This document shows, piece by piece, positions 47,701 through 57,182 of a stretch of DNA of 64,000 nt. Position 1 is the first letter of the stretch. Each line of letters starts with the position of its first letter. Source of the DNA: Thermodesulfobacteriota bacterium (lineage in GTDB: Bacteria > Desulfobacterota > Desulfobulbia > Desulfobulbales > SURF-16). Below the pieces are notes generated by a model. It saw only the letters and a program-made list of their open reading frames with translations, was not told the DNA's origin and did not search any database. A program made the position numbers and the translations under genes. The DNA lies in contig JBFMAY010000001.1 in assembly GCA_040755455.1 (NCBI GenBank), positions 256,001-320,000 of the forward strand. Reading direction: 5' to 3'.

Positions 47701-48595
47701 GGATTTCGCCGGGGTGCCGCAGCGCATCACCATTAAGGATAAGGAGGACAAGCTGGCCGGTTTCGCCTACCCCGGCCTTGCGGCTGAGGATGACGGCAGT
47801 GTGGCCCTGCGTTTATTTGCTGATGCTGAGGAGCGGCGGCAACGGACCGCGGCGGGTTTGCGCGCCCTCTACTGTCTGCAGTTGGCCAGGCAGTGCAAGG
47901 CCCTGCACAAGGACCTGGTCCTGCCCCGGACAAGCTGGCCGCTCTATGAGGGGATCGCCTCCCATGAAGAGTTCCATGATCAGCTGTTTTGCTTTGTGCA
48001 GGACGAAATTTTCCAGTGCCGCCTTGGGCTGATCCCAGGCCAGGAGGAATTTGCCAAGCGAATTCAGGCTGTGACGGCCGAGGGACTACATGGGCCGGCC
48101 ATGCAGATCATGCAGCAGGTGGTCGAGGTGTTACAGGAGAGAAGAGCCGTGCTTGATTTCATTGCCGAGATGGAGCACACCTGCCGCGGCAAGAGCAAAC
48201 TCGGGGTAACCCTGGCCGACTGCCGCCTTTTTCGGCAGGAGGTGGCGGAGCTGCTGCCCCCTTGTTTTCTGCAGGAATCCAACCTCGGTGAACTGCGCCG
48301 TATTCCCCGTTATCTTAAGGCCATCCGTATCCGCCTGGAGCGGAAAATTCAGAACCCGGTCAAGGACGCGGAAAAGGCAGCCCAGCTGGCCGTACACCAG
48401 GAAAGGCTGCAGCAATTGCTTGGGCGGGACGGACTTTCCGCCGAGCAGTTGCAGCTGGTCAGGGAGTTTGCCCTGATGATCGCGGAATTCAAGGTTTCGC
48501 TCTTTGCCCAGGAGCTGAAAACCGCCTTCCCCGTCTCGGCCAAGCGCCTTGACAGGGTATGGCTGGAAACGAAAAAGGCCGTTGAACATGGCTGA
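44762..48595 (+). CDS. hrpA: ATP-dependent RNA helicase HrpA
   Basis: GDTGSGKSTQ, TQPRRLAA, DEAHERS, SAT, TNVAETS, QRAGRCGR; C-terminal E(F)KVSLFAQEL..VSAKRL. Confidence 0.96.
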   Translation: MRNSISYPEVLPISSEKERIIETIRNHQVVVIAGDTGSGKSTQIPKMCLAAGQGEKKLIGCTQPRRLAATSVATRVREELGALSHLVGHKIRFSNQTGPATRIKFMTDGILLAETQHDPDLRAYDTIIIDEAHERSLNIDFLLGILKKVLKKRADLKIIITSATIDTEKFSRAFDGAPVIEVSGRTFPVEIRYAVADDVGRAESAAQDLGYVEQAAQAVLDLCRAGAGGDMLVFMPTERDIRDTIELLGRLFRNEGPGSRIKERTPEMLPLFGRLSGADQNRIFARSTARKIVVCTNVAETSVTVPGIRYVIDTGLARISTYNVRAQTTKLPVSPISRASCDQRAGRCGRVGPGICVRLYSEEDYLGRPEFTLPEIVRANLAEVILRMIALALGSPKKFPFIDPPAPRAINDGYQQLTELGAIDRNRRLTERGRIMAGLPLDPRISRMIVSSRENGSLREVVIIAAALSIQDPRIRPAENTREADAAHARFRSERSDFLSYLHLWDLYDELVRAKRSRSALGKFCKNNFLAYQRMREWRDIHEQIWAQLATAGNSKEHHLFLKSSCLAALEVDQEKKYARGYDQIHQAILAGNLRNIGLKKEKNIYQGGQGKELMIFPGSGQFNRAGQWIMAAELVETSRLYARTVAGIKPEWLEPLAGELCRFSYSAPHWEKRSGQVTALAKVTLFGLVIEANRRVNFGPLKPEEARRIFIQSALVEGECGGHFDFLEKNQQLIASLADLEDRMRRRDILVDDFLLYEFYDKRLPADIFDRAGLIRLVKKNKGDDFLRMRREDVLRQLPERDELADFPQKIHCGELTLPLSYSFTPGEENDGVTVSIPADLTGYVQAEKLEWLVPGLLLEKIIFLLKGLPKSIRRQLIPIPRIAGELLPQLRPYEGSLYQQLEDAIFRRFRLQIDRSAWPRDALPEHLKMRCQLVDGTGKPVAGSRDFAALARSPAQGGGSPQFAALRGKWEKTGVQDWDFAGVPQRITIKDKEDKLAGFAYPGLAAEDDGSVALRLFADAEERRQRTAAGLRALYCLQLARQCKALHKDLVLPRTSWPLYEGIASHEEFHDQLFCFVQDEIFQCRLGLIPGQEEFAKRIQAVTAEGLHGPAMQIMQQVVEVLQERRAVLDFIAEMEHTCRGKSKLGVTLADCRLFRQEVAELLPPCFLQESNLGELRRIPRYLKAIRIRLERKIQNPVKDAEKAAQLAVHQERLQQLLGRDGLSAEQLQLVREFALMIAEFKVSLFAQELKTAFPVSAKRLDRVWLETKKAVEHG

Positions 48596-48671
48596 TAGTC
48601 GGCCCGCGATTACCTGATTCCGGCAGAGTTGCCGTTGCTGGCAACATGGGAATTCAAGCAGCGTGCCTCTC

Positions 48672-49988
48672 TCAGCCGTCTGTTTCCAGCTCAGCCCTGT
48701 CGGCGCCGTATTGCTGTTCCAGGGTGAGCCGGTAGAGCGCCTTTTTGTAAGAGCTGGATTGCGGTTTGAGCTGCACCGCCTTTTCCAGCTGACCCATGGC
48801 CGCGCCGGGGTCTCCGGCCGCCAGATAGGATCTGCCCAGCCAGTAGGCGGCCGAGGCGCTGTCCGGCTCAAGTCGGACATTGGCCTCGCTTGCCTGCAGG
48901 GCCTGCTGCAGATGAAAGCGGGCGCGTTCCGTGTTGCCGGCCTGCAGCAAGGACTTATGCAGGGAAAGGTTGGTCTCAACGTTACCCGGAAAGCGTCCGT
49001 ATTTCGTCATATCAAGAGCGATCGCCCTGCTGTTCATTTCCCTGAATTTTTCTTCCTTCCCCATCTGCTGATAACAGGCGGCAAGGTCGCGCAGTATTGC
49101 GGTGCTGCCGGGATTTTTTTCCAGCAGCAGCCGGTAGAGCCCGGCGGCATTGTGCCAGCTGCCAAGGCGGCCATAGCGTTCAGCAAATTTTGCCATGCCG
49201 CTGTCAATCCGGCTGGCCATTGCCGTTTTCAGGCGCGGCACCGCGTAGCAGAGCGAGGTGGTTGTTGCCGCAAGGCTGGTGCCGGCAATAAAGATCAGCA
49301 GCATGGCTTGGGCGCGACGGGCGGATAGCTGGGCAATGCTTGCTCCCCGGTGTTTATGGTTGAGCCAGTGATGGCCGGTTAATATGGCCAGGGCCAGGGC
49401 CACCAGGATTTCCGCGATCTCCGCCTCGTTGAATTTGAAAATTCGCAGTTCAAAGAGAGCGGCGCCGGTAAAAAACGGCCACAGATAAGGGGGGGGTGAC
49501 GGAATGCCTTTTCTGTTGATCCACAGGGCAGGTTGCCAGCCGACTTTCAGTTCTAGGGGGTAGATGACGCCGTAGATGATGAAGGAACAGGCCAGCAGCG
49601 CTTCGATGGCGCGTTTGACCATGGTGCTGTAAGGTCCGGTGAAAAAGTTATGGAGATTTGTTTCCTGCTGGAGATTGTGGGCCCGGAAAAAATCAGGGGT
49701 GGCGATGTTGAACAGCCGCTGTCCCCAGGAAATTTCCTCGCCGGTTACATAAAAACAGGCCAGGGCCAGGACAGCGAAAAAAAACCGGAAGGGTGAGCGG
49801 GCCTGGACAAGGCGGACTGCGAAGCATAAGGCGATGGCAAAGAAGTAAAACTGGCCCCACTCGCCGAGCAGATCCTCATAGGTGGCCCAGATGTAAGCCA
49901 CCGGGCAGCAGAATGCCATGATGGCGAAAAGGGCCATGATAAAAAGGAAAAGACCGTAGGCGGCAAACGTATCGATTTTCCTGGTCAT
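48672..49988 (-). CDS. membrane protein with C-terminal TPRs
   Basis: Multi-TM with GEEISWGQR and NLQQETNLHN motifs; TPR-like helices. Confidence 0.8.
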   Translation of the reverse strand: MTRKIDTFAAYGLFLFIMALFAIMAFCCPVAYIWATYEDLLGEWGQFYFFAIALCFAVRLVQARSPFRFFFAVLALACFYVTGEEISWGQRLFNIATPDFFRAHNLQQETNLHNFFTGPYSTMVKRAIEALLACSFIIYGVIYPLELKVGWQPALWINRKGIPSPPPYLWPFFTGAALFELRIFKFNEAEIAEILVALALAILTGHHWLNHKHRGASIAQLSARRAQAMLLIFIAGTSLAATTTSLCYAVPRLKTAMASRIDSGMAKFAERYGRLGSWHNAAGLYRLLLEKNPGSTAILRDLAACYQQMGKEEKFREMNSRAIALDMTKYGRFPGNVETNLSLHKSLLQAGNTERARFHLQQALQASEANVRLEPDSASAAYWLGRSYLAAGDPGAAMGQLEKAVQLKPQSSSYKKALYRLTLEQQYGADRAELETDG

Positions 49989-50098
49989 GCTGCGTATCTC
50001 CGGCACCTTGCGCAAAGAGGTGCCCCCCGCCGGGGAAGAGAAGCCAGCCCGGCGGGGAGCGGGGAAAGAAGAGGTATATCCTGATGAAATGCTGTTTA

Positions 50099-50500
50099 TT
50101 AATGATCGTTGGAATCGGAATCAAAATGCATCGATTCACCGTCACTGTCGTCGTCACTGTCAGCGTCGTCGTGGTCATGGGTGCCGCAGCTGGCGGTGGT
50201 GTCTACCTTGGCTGTCCAGTAGAGACCGGTTTCATAGTTCGGCGCCAGCCAGGAGAAGCTGACCGGGGTGGTCGTGTTGTTGGGCAGATAGACTTCCTTG
50301 CAGAGGTGGCCGACCGCCGTACCGACCGCATCAAAGGCCATCATTTTTACGGCAGCGTATACGCTCCTGCCGCTGGTGTTTTTGACTGAGGCGGAAACGG
50401 TGGTTGTTGAGTTCATTTTAACAGATCCCGCGGCCAGAGCCATTCCTGTGGTGGTGAAGGCGAGAAGAATCGCCAGGATGATTATTTTTGCCAATTTCAT
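50099..50500 (-). CDS. small secreted protein with acidic tail
   Basis: Signal peptide ending ALA; beta-rich domain; Asp-rich C-terminus. Confidence 0.75.
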   Translation of the reverse strand: MKLAKIIILAILLAFTTTGMALAAGSVKMNSTTTVSASVKNTSGRSVYAAVKMMAFDAVGTAVGHLCKEVYLPNNTTTPVSFSWLAPNYETGLYWTAKVDTTASCGTHDHDDADSDDDSDGESMHFDSDSNDH

Positions 50501-50573
50501 TTTATATCCTCCGGTATATCGATAAATTTCACTTGTTATAGGCGGTTGCTTCGGCTGTTAAGCCTTGCCAGAC

Positions 50574-52040
50574 TTAAGGAATAACGGTGTTCGGCGCATT
50601 GATGGTGACCACGAAGTCCGAGGGGCCAGCGGTGCCGGGCTCGGTGGTGGCGGTGGTTGCATCAAAGGTCGGGGTGACGCGCAGGGTGAAGTTGCCGACG
50701 GGCAGATCGCCTACGTTAAGAAAGGCATTGATGTTGACGTTGGCCAGGTCATCGATGTCGCCGGGCAGCCAGTTCGGATTGGCTTTGATCATGTCAAGCT
50801 CTGCTGCGGTCAGGGCAACAGGCGGACGGATATCGGTGCCCACCACGGCAGGGATATTCCAGGTGCCGTCGGCATTCAAGGTGATATTGACGGACTCGCG
50901 ATAGGTTACCCAGGTGGCGTCGCAGCCGAGGTTGTCAGCGCAGGCCTGGTCGCAGTCTGGGGTAGCGACGCCGGTGGTGCCCGCCTCCTCGTCAAAGTTG
51001 CCGGGGCAGCTGGCCATGAGGATGTTGTCGGTGTAAACGATGCCGTCGGCATCAAAATAGAGGCCGCCTTTCAGATTGCTGGAGGGCAGCCACTCGCCGA
51101 AGAGATCTGTATGAACGGCGGACATGTCGGAAGCCACGATATGGGTCTGGTTGGCGGTCATGAGAAATGTGGCGCGCACATACGGGTTGAAATAGCCGTA
51201 GCTGGTATGGTGTTTATCCGGGGCGCCGAAGAGGCCGTGGGCCTGCAAGGCGTCAAGCTCCCCCTGTTTCATGATGTCGCTGGTGGTCGGCACGGTATAA
51301 TCATAGCTTGCGCCGCTGCGTCCAGCAAAGGAAAGACCGTCGTTTGGTCCGGCTTCGGTGAAGTTGCCGTTGGCATCAAGAAAACCGAGCTGCATGGTGA
51401 AGCCGGTGACCCTGGACCCGGTCTGGTTACCGTATTTCATGAGAAGCCGGTAAAGTTCAGTCTGGCCGTTGTTTGCCACGTTGAAGGTCAGATCCACCGG
51501 AGTATCAAGCATATAGCCCACCGCTTTGAAGCGTTTGCTTGATTGGAATGGATCGGAGCACTGTTTCTTGTCAATGCCCCACCAGTCGCTCATCTCGGTG
51601 ATGTCGTTGCCGCTGCCGTCCAGCACCACGGTTGAATCGGGGTTCCAGCCGGCTGACATGATGCAGTTGTCGCCGGTGATGTCATCGCCGGTAACGATGC
51701 TCAGGCCCGGCCCCTGGGTGTCCCTCTCTTTCCAGGTCATGGCGCCGACCACGGTGCCGGCGCCATTGACGATGGCGCCGGAACCGACACTGTATTTGGC
51801 CCAGCCGCTCGGCATGAATCCGCCGGCGGAAACCGCGCCGGTAATGGGATCAGTCAGGTAGCCCGGCTCAATATAGGTGTATTGGTCAAAGACGAAAGCA
51901 GGGTTGGCGATGTTGGTGGGGGTGCGGGGCACAATGTTGCTCTGGTCCCATTCAGTGATCACCCCGGCCTGGGCAGTACTCAGAGTCGCCAGTGCGCCTA
52001 GGGCAACCGCCGCTGAAATCAGTTTTCTCGTTTTGTTCAT
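50574..52040 (-). CDS. secreted choice-of-anchor F-like protein
   Basis: RBS GGAGG, signal peptide, NCIM, CSDPFQSSKRFK and AHGLFG motifs. Confidence 0.7.
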   Translation of the reverse strand: MNKTRKLISAAVALGALATLSTAQAGVITEWDQSNIVPRTPTNIANPAFVFDQYTYIEPGYLTDPITGAVSAGGFMPSGWAKYSVGSGAIVNGAGTVVGAMTWKERDTQGPGLSIVTGDDITGDNCIMSAGWNPDSTVVLDGSGNDITEMSDWWGIDKKQCSDPFQSSKRFKAVGYMLDTPVDLTFNVANNGQTELYRLLMKYGNQTGSRVTGFTMQLGFLDANGNFTEAGPNDGLSFAGRSGASYDYTVPTTSDIMKQGELDALQAHGLFGAPDKHHTSYGYFNPYVRATFLMTANQTHIVASDMSAVHTDLFGEWLPSSNLKGGLYFDADGIVYTDNILMASCPGNFDEEAGTTGVATPDCDQACADNLGCDATWVTYRESVNITLNADGTWNIPAVVGTDIRPPVALTAAELDMIKANPNWLPGDIDDLANVNINAFLNVGDLPVGNFTLRVTPTFDATTATTEPGTAGPSDFVVTINAPNTVIP

Positions 52041-52164
52041 TGAGCAATCCTCCGTTTTTCGTTTATGAATTTTGCAGGGCTCCGGACTGAAGTGGAGCCA
52101 TCCTGTGCACGTTGCTGCGCGGCAAACCGACGCTGCGACAATTTGCCGCACTGGCCCGGAGGTT

Positions 52165-52181
52165 AGCACAACGGATGCCAA
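52165..52181 (-). promoter_or_regulatory. sigma-54 (-24/-12) promoter
   Basis: Minus strand TTGGCATCCGTTGTGCT has exact GG-N10-GC spacing, about 125 nt upstream of the start at 52040. Confidence 0.6.
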
Positions 52182-52358
52182 GCGTGCAGAGCTTGATAGG
52201 GGAAAATTGATTTGCTTAGGATAACTTATTGGATTTACGTTGATAAAATATATGTGTTTTTGTCAGGGCCGGCCAGGGAAAGGTGGAGAGGTGATCCTGC
52301 AAGAAAATGTAAAGGGGTGCAGTCAACAGAAATTGGGGAGGAACTGCTCAGATACTGT

Positions 52359-54044
52359 TTATATATGTTTGGCGGAAGGCATTGCGTTGCTGTAAAAACT
52401 GCAGGAGCCGCCTTCCTCCCTCTTTGCCGCGGACAGAGCGGTGTCGGCATTGCGCAGCAGAGTGCTGCCGTCGCTGCCGTCAGCGGGGAAGAAGGCGATA
52501 CCGATGCTGGGACTGATGTCGTCAGTGCCGGCGATATGAAACGGCAGGGAAATGTTTTTCATGATTTTACCGGCAACAAGCTTTGCATCGTGCTGATCGT
52601 TAAGGTTGGTCACAATGACGGCAAACTGATCATGCTTCATCCGCGCCACGGTATCTGTTTCTCTGATGGATTGCCGCAAGCGTTTGGCTGTCTCCTGCAG
52701 GATCAGTTTGCCCGTCTCGTCGCCTGTATCGATAATGGCGGAAGAAAGGTCGAGGTCGATGAGCAGCAGTGCCAGCAGCTTCTGTGAGCGTTTTGCCAGG
52801 CGCAGGGTAAGGTTCAGGCGGTCATGGAGGAGATTGCGATTTGGCAGGTGGGTCAGGGGGTCGAAATTCGACATGGTTTCCCGGTTGCCCAGATCGCCTT
52901 TCAACTCTCTGATATCGCGGGCCAGACAGATGACTCCTTCAACCGTGCCCGAGGTGGTGTAAAATGTGGTGCCGGAAAAAAGCACGGGAATCTCGATATT
53001 ATCCCTTGTCCGCAGCATCATCTCGAGATTGGTGATGGATTTGCCCTGCAGCAGCTCTTCGAAAATTGTCTGGATGGTGGCGCCGGTGCCATATTCACTG
53101 AAAATGTGGCTGGCCGGCCGGTTGAGCAGTTCCTCCTCGTTGTAGGCAAGCAGATTAAGGGTGGACTGGTTGACCCTGGTGATGGCCTGGGTTGGCGACA
53201 GGACCAGCAGGCTGTCTGACATGTAATTGATGATATTGTCCAGATAGTTTCTCGATACCGAAATTTTTTTCAGCTCCTCGGTCATGTCCCAGAAGGAGAG
53301 GGTAAGACTGCAGATTTCATCCCCCTTTTCACAGAGCTGCGGTTTGTCAACTGTTTTGCCCCTGGCAAAGTTGTCAATCATTTCCTTGAGACTTTGCAAG
53401 GGGATAATGAGCTGTCTGTTGGCCAGCACATTGATGGCCAGGGTGACGACCAGCAAAACGGCAATGAACAGGAGGTGCAGCAGCCGTGAGTTGCTGGCGG
53501 CCCTCACTTTGTTGTTTTTTATTTCGTTGACCACTGTTCCGGTGAGTTGCCCGGTAGTTTCCGTAAAGCTCGCCATGAGGCGTTCTCTGGCCTTGCCGAT
53601 GCGCAGCAGCTGCTGCGAATGTTCAAACAGGTCGCTGCCGCGGGGCATCTGCGTATACTGGTCAGCAGCCAGGTTGAAGTAATCCTCATAGGCGTCCCGC
53701 AGGGTCAGAAGCTGCGGGTAGAAACTCAGCTTCTGGCTGGAGGCCGTCCGTACCATGTCGTTGAGCAGAGCACTCATCTCTTCATGGTGCTCTCTGGCCT
53801 TGACCAGTTCATCGGCCTCGCCGGTGATCAGGCCGCCTTCAAAATTTTTTGTCTGCTCATTGAAAAGGGTAAGGATTCTGTCTCCCTTCATGGCCAGAGG
53901 GAAATGGATTTCCTCGAGGCTGGTGAGACTGTCGGTAATGCGGATATTGGCAATTGACGTGGCGATGGTGGCAACCAGGTAGGCCAGCAGAGCGATGGCA
54001 ACGCAGCTCCACACCTTTGCCCGGATGTTTTTCAAGATTTTCAT
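52359..54044 (-). CDS. membrane HAMP-PAS protein with degenerate GGDEF domain
   Basis: 2 TM, HAMP, PAS, DPLTHLPNR, IDLD, DTVARMKHDQF in place of RxGGDEF, SIGIA. Confidence 0.88.
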   Translation of the reverse strand: MKILKNIRAKVWSCVAIALLAYLVATIATSIANIRITDSLTSLEEIHFPLAMKGDRILTLFNEQTKNFEGGLITGEADELVKAREHHEEMSALLNDMVRTASSQKLSFYPQLLTLRDAYEDYFNLAADQYTQMPRGSDLFEHSQQLLRIGKARERLMASFTETTGQLTGTVVNEIKNNKVRAASNSRLLHLLFIAVLLVVTLAINVLANRQLIIPLQSLKEMIDNFARGKTVDKPQLCEKGDEICSLTLSFWDMTEELKKISVSRNYLDNIINYMSDSLLVLSPTQAITRVNQSTLNLLAYNEEELLNRPASHIFSEYGTGATIQTIFEELLQGKSITNLEMMLRTRDNIEIPVLFSGTTFYTTSGTVEGVICLARDIRELKGDLGNRETMSNFDPLTHLPNRNLLHDRLNLTLRLAKRSQKLLALLLIDLDLSSAIIDTGDETGKLILQETAKRLRQSIRETDTVARMKHDQFAVIVTNLNDQHDAKLVAGKIMKNISLPFHIAGTDDISPSIGIAFFPADGSDGSTLLRNADTALSAAKREEGGSCSFYSNAMPSAKHI

Positions 54045-54083
54045 GGCAGAGTTGTCCTTATCTTAAGCATTTAGCAGAAGACG

Positions 54084-54512
54084 TTAGCGGATGACAAGCT
54101 GTTTAACCCTGGAATCCAGAGATTCTTTACTGATAAAGCCGATGGCGTCTCTGGTGGCAGCTATAAAATTCTTGACCTCTTCGTCGCTTTCCATGGCCAG
54201 GGGGGGGAGCCCTGATCCGTTAAAGAGCATTTTTTTGCGGTAGAGCAGATACTGCAGGGGGGTTTTCTGCAATATTTCACGGCAGAAAGCAGCATACACC
54301 TCCGGCTCATTGTTCACGACGACATGAATATGTTCGCCCTGGGTCCACTCTGTTTTTTTGCTGAGAAAAATAAGGGCGGCCGCCCGGCCGGTGATGCCGG
54401 TAAGGGTATTGGCATGATTGACCACCAGGATGATCTCGGCGGCAGGACAGGGGACGTTTGCCCCGAAAAGCATGAGAAGCAGCAGCACCATTGTTTTCAG
54501 TGGTTTTCTCAT
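54084..54512 (-). CDS. small periplasmic PstS-like binding-fold protein
   Basis: Signal peptide; VVN..N, IFL..K..W, EVKNFIAA..AIGFI pattern. Confidence 0.7.
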   Translation of the reverse strand: MRKPLKTMVLLLLMLFGANVPCPAAEIILVVNHANTLTGITGRAAALIFLSKKTEWTQGEHIHVVVNNEPEVYAAFCREILQKTPLQYLLYRKKMLFNGSGLPPLAMESDEEVKNFIAATRDAIGFISKESLDSRVKQLVIR

Positions 54513-54529
54513 GGAATCCTTGATCAGGT

Positions 54530-55756
54530 TCAGAAATTAAATGACACTTTGACCGCACCGTACTGCCAGTGTCTTTCCGTGCCGTCCGGGTTGAAAAAAT
54601 CAAGCAACAGGGCCGTGCCGTCAACCGTGTGCCATTCGCCTTTAACCGTCCAGTTTTCGTTGACATCATAGCGGACCCCGAGGCCCCAGTCCTTTCTCCA
54701 TGGGGTGGAATTGTATCTGCCGCTGGCATGGACCGCGTCGTCTTTGTTGTGTTTGTCTTTCCAGTATTCGTCATAGACAACGGAAAAGCTCAACCGTTCT
54801 GTGGCGCAATAGGTGAGCATGAGATACCAGGCCTGGTTGGGGCCGTCAAAGGTGGTGATGTCGTAGAGGGTTTGCGTGCGGTCGTTTTCTGCGTATTCAG
54901 CGCTGAACAGGAAATCCCGCCAGGCATATTCCAGGGAAAGAACAAAATTGCTGTTGGTTTTGTATTCGCCGATTTTTTCATCGTCGCCATAGGAGGTATC
55001 CTTCTGGCTGGCATAGGAGATTCCCAGACGGAGATTGTCAATGGGCGGAGAGAAGATGAGGCTTGCGCCATACAGGTAATCATTGTCCCGGTCACATTGG
55101 TTGATGCGGGCGGGGAGAAGGGGATCCGGATTCGGGGATTGCCGGTTGTCGGCCAGCCGGGTGTTGACGCTGGCCAGGGTGGAATCATGGTAAACCGAGT
55201 CCCCCTCATATTTGATGCGGCCGTAAAAGAGCTTGTAGTCAAAGTCGCCGAAGGCATCATTCATGGCCACGTTGCCGTAAATTTCCCCGCCCCAATGGGC
55301 AAGCCAGGTGTCGCGTCGTGTTTCGTCATAGATGCTCTGGGGAAGAAAAATCATGGGCCGGAGAAAATCGGAATCCCTTTCCGTATTATACAGTCCCATG
55401 GGAATCTTGACCTTGCCGAGGCGCACTCCAGCCCAGTCCTGGAAACGGTAATCCACCAGCCCCCAGTCCAGCCGGATGTGGTTGTCGCCATAATCACCCA
55501 TATTTCTGGACAGAAGCTGACCGCCAAAGCGGAGGTTGTCGCTCAGGCGGAGGTTCAGGTTGAGGCCGATTTCATTGAAGTCAAAGGTGCCGTCCAGGCT
55601 GTCCGACAGGAAATTGTTGCCGGAACTGTCAAGATAGCCTTGGGAGATAAAGCCGTGCAGCGCCGCCTTGTTGTTGAGATCAAAGGCCGCAAGCGGCATT
55701 GGCGGGAGCAGGGCCACCAGGGCCAGGGAGATTGTTGATATTTTTTTTGGGGGCAT
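54530..55756 (-). CDS. outer-membrane beta-barrel (porin-like)
   Basis: Signal peptide, HGFISQGY, LDWGLVDY, GKVKIPMGLYN, terminal Phe (VSFNF). Confidence 0.8.
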   Translation of the reverse strand: MPPKKISTISLALVALLPPMPLAAFDLNNKAALHGFISQGYLDSSGNNFLSDSLDGTFDFNEIGLNLNLRLSDNLRFGGQLLSRNMGDYGDNHIRLDWGLVDYRFQDWAGVRLGKVKIPMGLYNTERDSDFLRPMIFLPQSIYDETRRDTWLAHWGGEIYGNVAMNDAFGDFDYKLFYGRIKYEGDSVYHDSTLASVNTRLADNRQSPNPDPLLPARINQCDRDNDYLYGASLIFSPPIDNLRLGISYASQKDTSYGDDEKIGEYKTNSNFVLSLEYAWRDFLFSAEYAENDRTQTLYDITTFDGPNQAWYLMLTYCATERLSFSVVYDEYWKDKHNKDDAVHASGRYNSTPWRKDWGLGVRYDVNENWTVKGEWHTVDGTALLLDFFNPDGTERHWQYGAVKVSFNF

Positions 55757-55835
55757 AATCTCCAAGGATATCTGTAAGCAACAAAGGGGTCAACCGGGAA
55801 TATGCGGTCTAAGCCTGGCGGGAGGCCGATCGCTT

Positions 55836-57182
55836 TCAGGTTGTCGGCTTTCTGATATCGAAATCATTGATTTTTTTACGCAGGGTTGTGGGCGAGATGG
55901 CTAACTTCTGCGCGGTATGGGTAATGTTCCAGTCGTTGTCGTGCAGGGCTTTGGCAATATGATGTTTTTCCGCCTCGGCCAGGGTGAAGGGTTCGGCTTG
56001 TTGATCAGCGGCAGCCGGTGTTGTGGTCTGCTGCCAGACAATGTCCTCGGTAAGAATTCTGCCGTCCCGGGACAGGGCCACGGCCCGGGTCAGAACATTT
56101 TCCAGCTCTCTGACGTTGCCCGGCCAGTCATAATGCATCATTTTTTGCATGGCCGCCTCGGAAACGGAGGGCATGTCACAATGCAGTTTTGCCCTGATTC
56201 TGGCCAGCAGGCTGTCAACCAGCAGCGGGATATCCTCCCGCCGGGAGCGCAGCGGAGCGATATGAAGGTTGGAGACATTCAGCCGGTAAAAAAGGTCCTG
56301 TCTGAATTGCCCCTGCTTTACCATGTCTTGCAGGTCCCGGTGGGTGGCGGCCACAATCCTCGCTTTGAGTGGAATTGCCTCAAGCCCGCCAACCCGAACA
56401 AATTCCTGTTCCTGCAGCACCCGCAATAGTTTGCTCTGCAGGTCATGCGGCATGTCGCCTATCTCATCAAGGAACACCGTGCCCTCGCCGGCAAATTCCA
56501 TTTTGCCGATTTTGGTCTTATCAGCACCGGTAAAGGCCCCCTTTTCATAGCCGAAGAGTTCGCTTTCCAGCAGGGTCGGGACAACCGCCGAACAGTTAAT
56601 GGCCACGAAAGGCATGCCTGGAGAGGATGAGGTATGGAGAATTTTTGCCACCAACTCTTTGCCGGTGCCGCTTTCTCCCTGGATCAGCACCGTTACCCTG
56701 CTGCGGGAGAGCAACCCGATCTGCTTCAGCAGCTCAAGCATGGCAGGATGGGCGCCGACCAGATCGTCAAGGCAGGGGGGTGCTGCGGCAGGCTGCTCCA
56801 TCTGGGGAGATTGCACCATTTTCTTGCGGGCTTCCACCTTTTCCACCATGGCAAACAACTCATCAAGATCCAGGGGTTTGCGCAGATAATCAAAGGCGCC
56901 TTTGCGCATGGAATCAATAACCGCCTTATTGTCGGAGTTGCCGGTCATGATCACCACGCAGAGTTCATGACCTTTTCCCAGCAGTGCCGGCAGACCCATC
57001 AGTCCGCTCTGGTCCGGCAGATTGATATCCAGCAGGACGAGGTCCGGCCCGACAGACCCGGCAGTCTCCATCCCCTCCTGCATGGTGTGGGCAAGATATG
57101 TTTTGTGGCCAACCGCCTCGAGCTGGATCCGCAGGCTGCGGCAGAGAGATTTGTCGTCATCAATAATCAGTATTATGCTCAT
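55836..57182 (-). CDS. sigma-54-dependent response regulator (NtrC/AtoC family)
   Basis: REC domain, GESGTGKE, GAFTGA, FLDEIG, WPGNVREL, Fis-type HTH. Confidence 0.96.
   Translation of the reverse strand: MSIILIIDDDKSLCRSLRIQLEAVGHKTYLAHTMQEGMETAGSVGPDLVLLDINLPDQSGLMGLPALLGKGHELCVVIMTGNSDNKAVIDSMRKGAFDYLRKPLDLDELFAMVEKVEARKKMVQSPQMEQPAAAPPCLDDLVGAHPAMLELLKQIGLLSRSRVTVLIQGESGTGKELVAKILHTSSSPGMPFVAINCSAVVPTLLESELFGYEKGAFTGADKTKIGKMEFAGEGTVFLDEIGDMPHDLQSKLLRVLQEQEFVRVGGLEAIPLKARIVAATHRDLQDMVKQGQFRQDLFYRLNVSNLHIAPLRSRREDIPLLVDSLLARIRAKLHCDMPSVSEAAMQKMMHYDWPGNVRELENVLTRAVALSRDGRILTEDIVWQQTTTPAAADQQAEPFTLAEAEKHHIAKALHDNDWNITHTAQKLAISPTTLRKKINDFDIRKPTT

Noticed and set aside
52060..52160. c-di-GMP-I (GEMM) riboswitch upstream of the secreted protein
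   Set aside because: GGCAAA is present, but the GAAA tetraloop and GACGCAAAGC elements are missing
55772..55795. Sigma-54 promoter upstream of the porin gene
   Set aside because: Reads GA-N10-GC and lacks the invariant -24 GG
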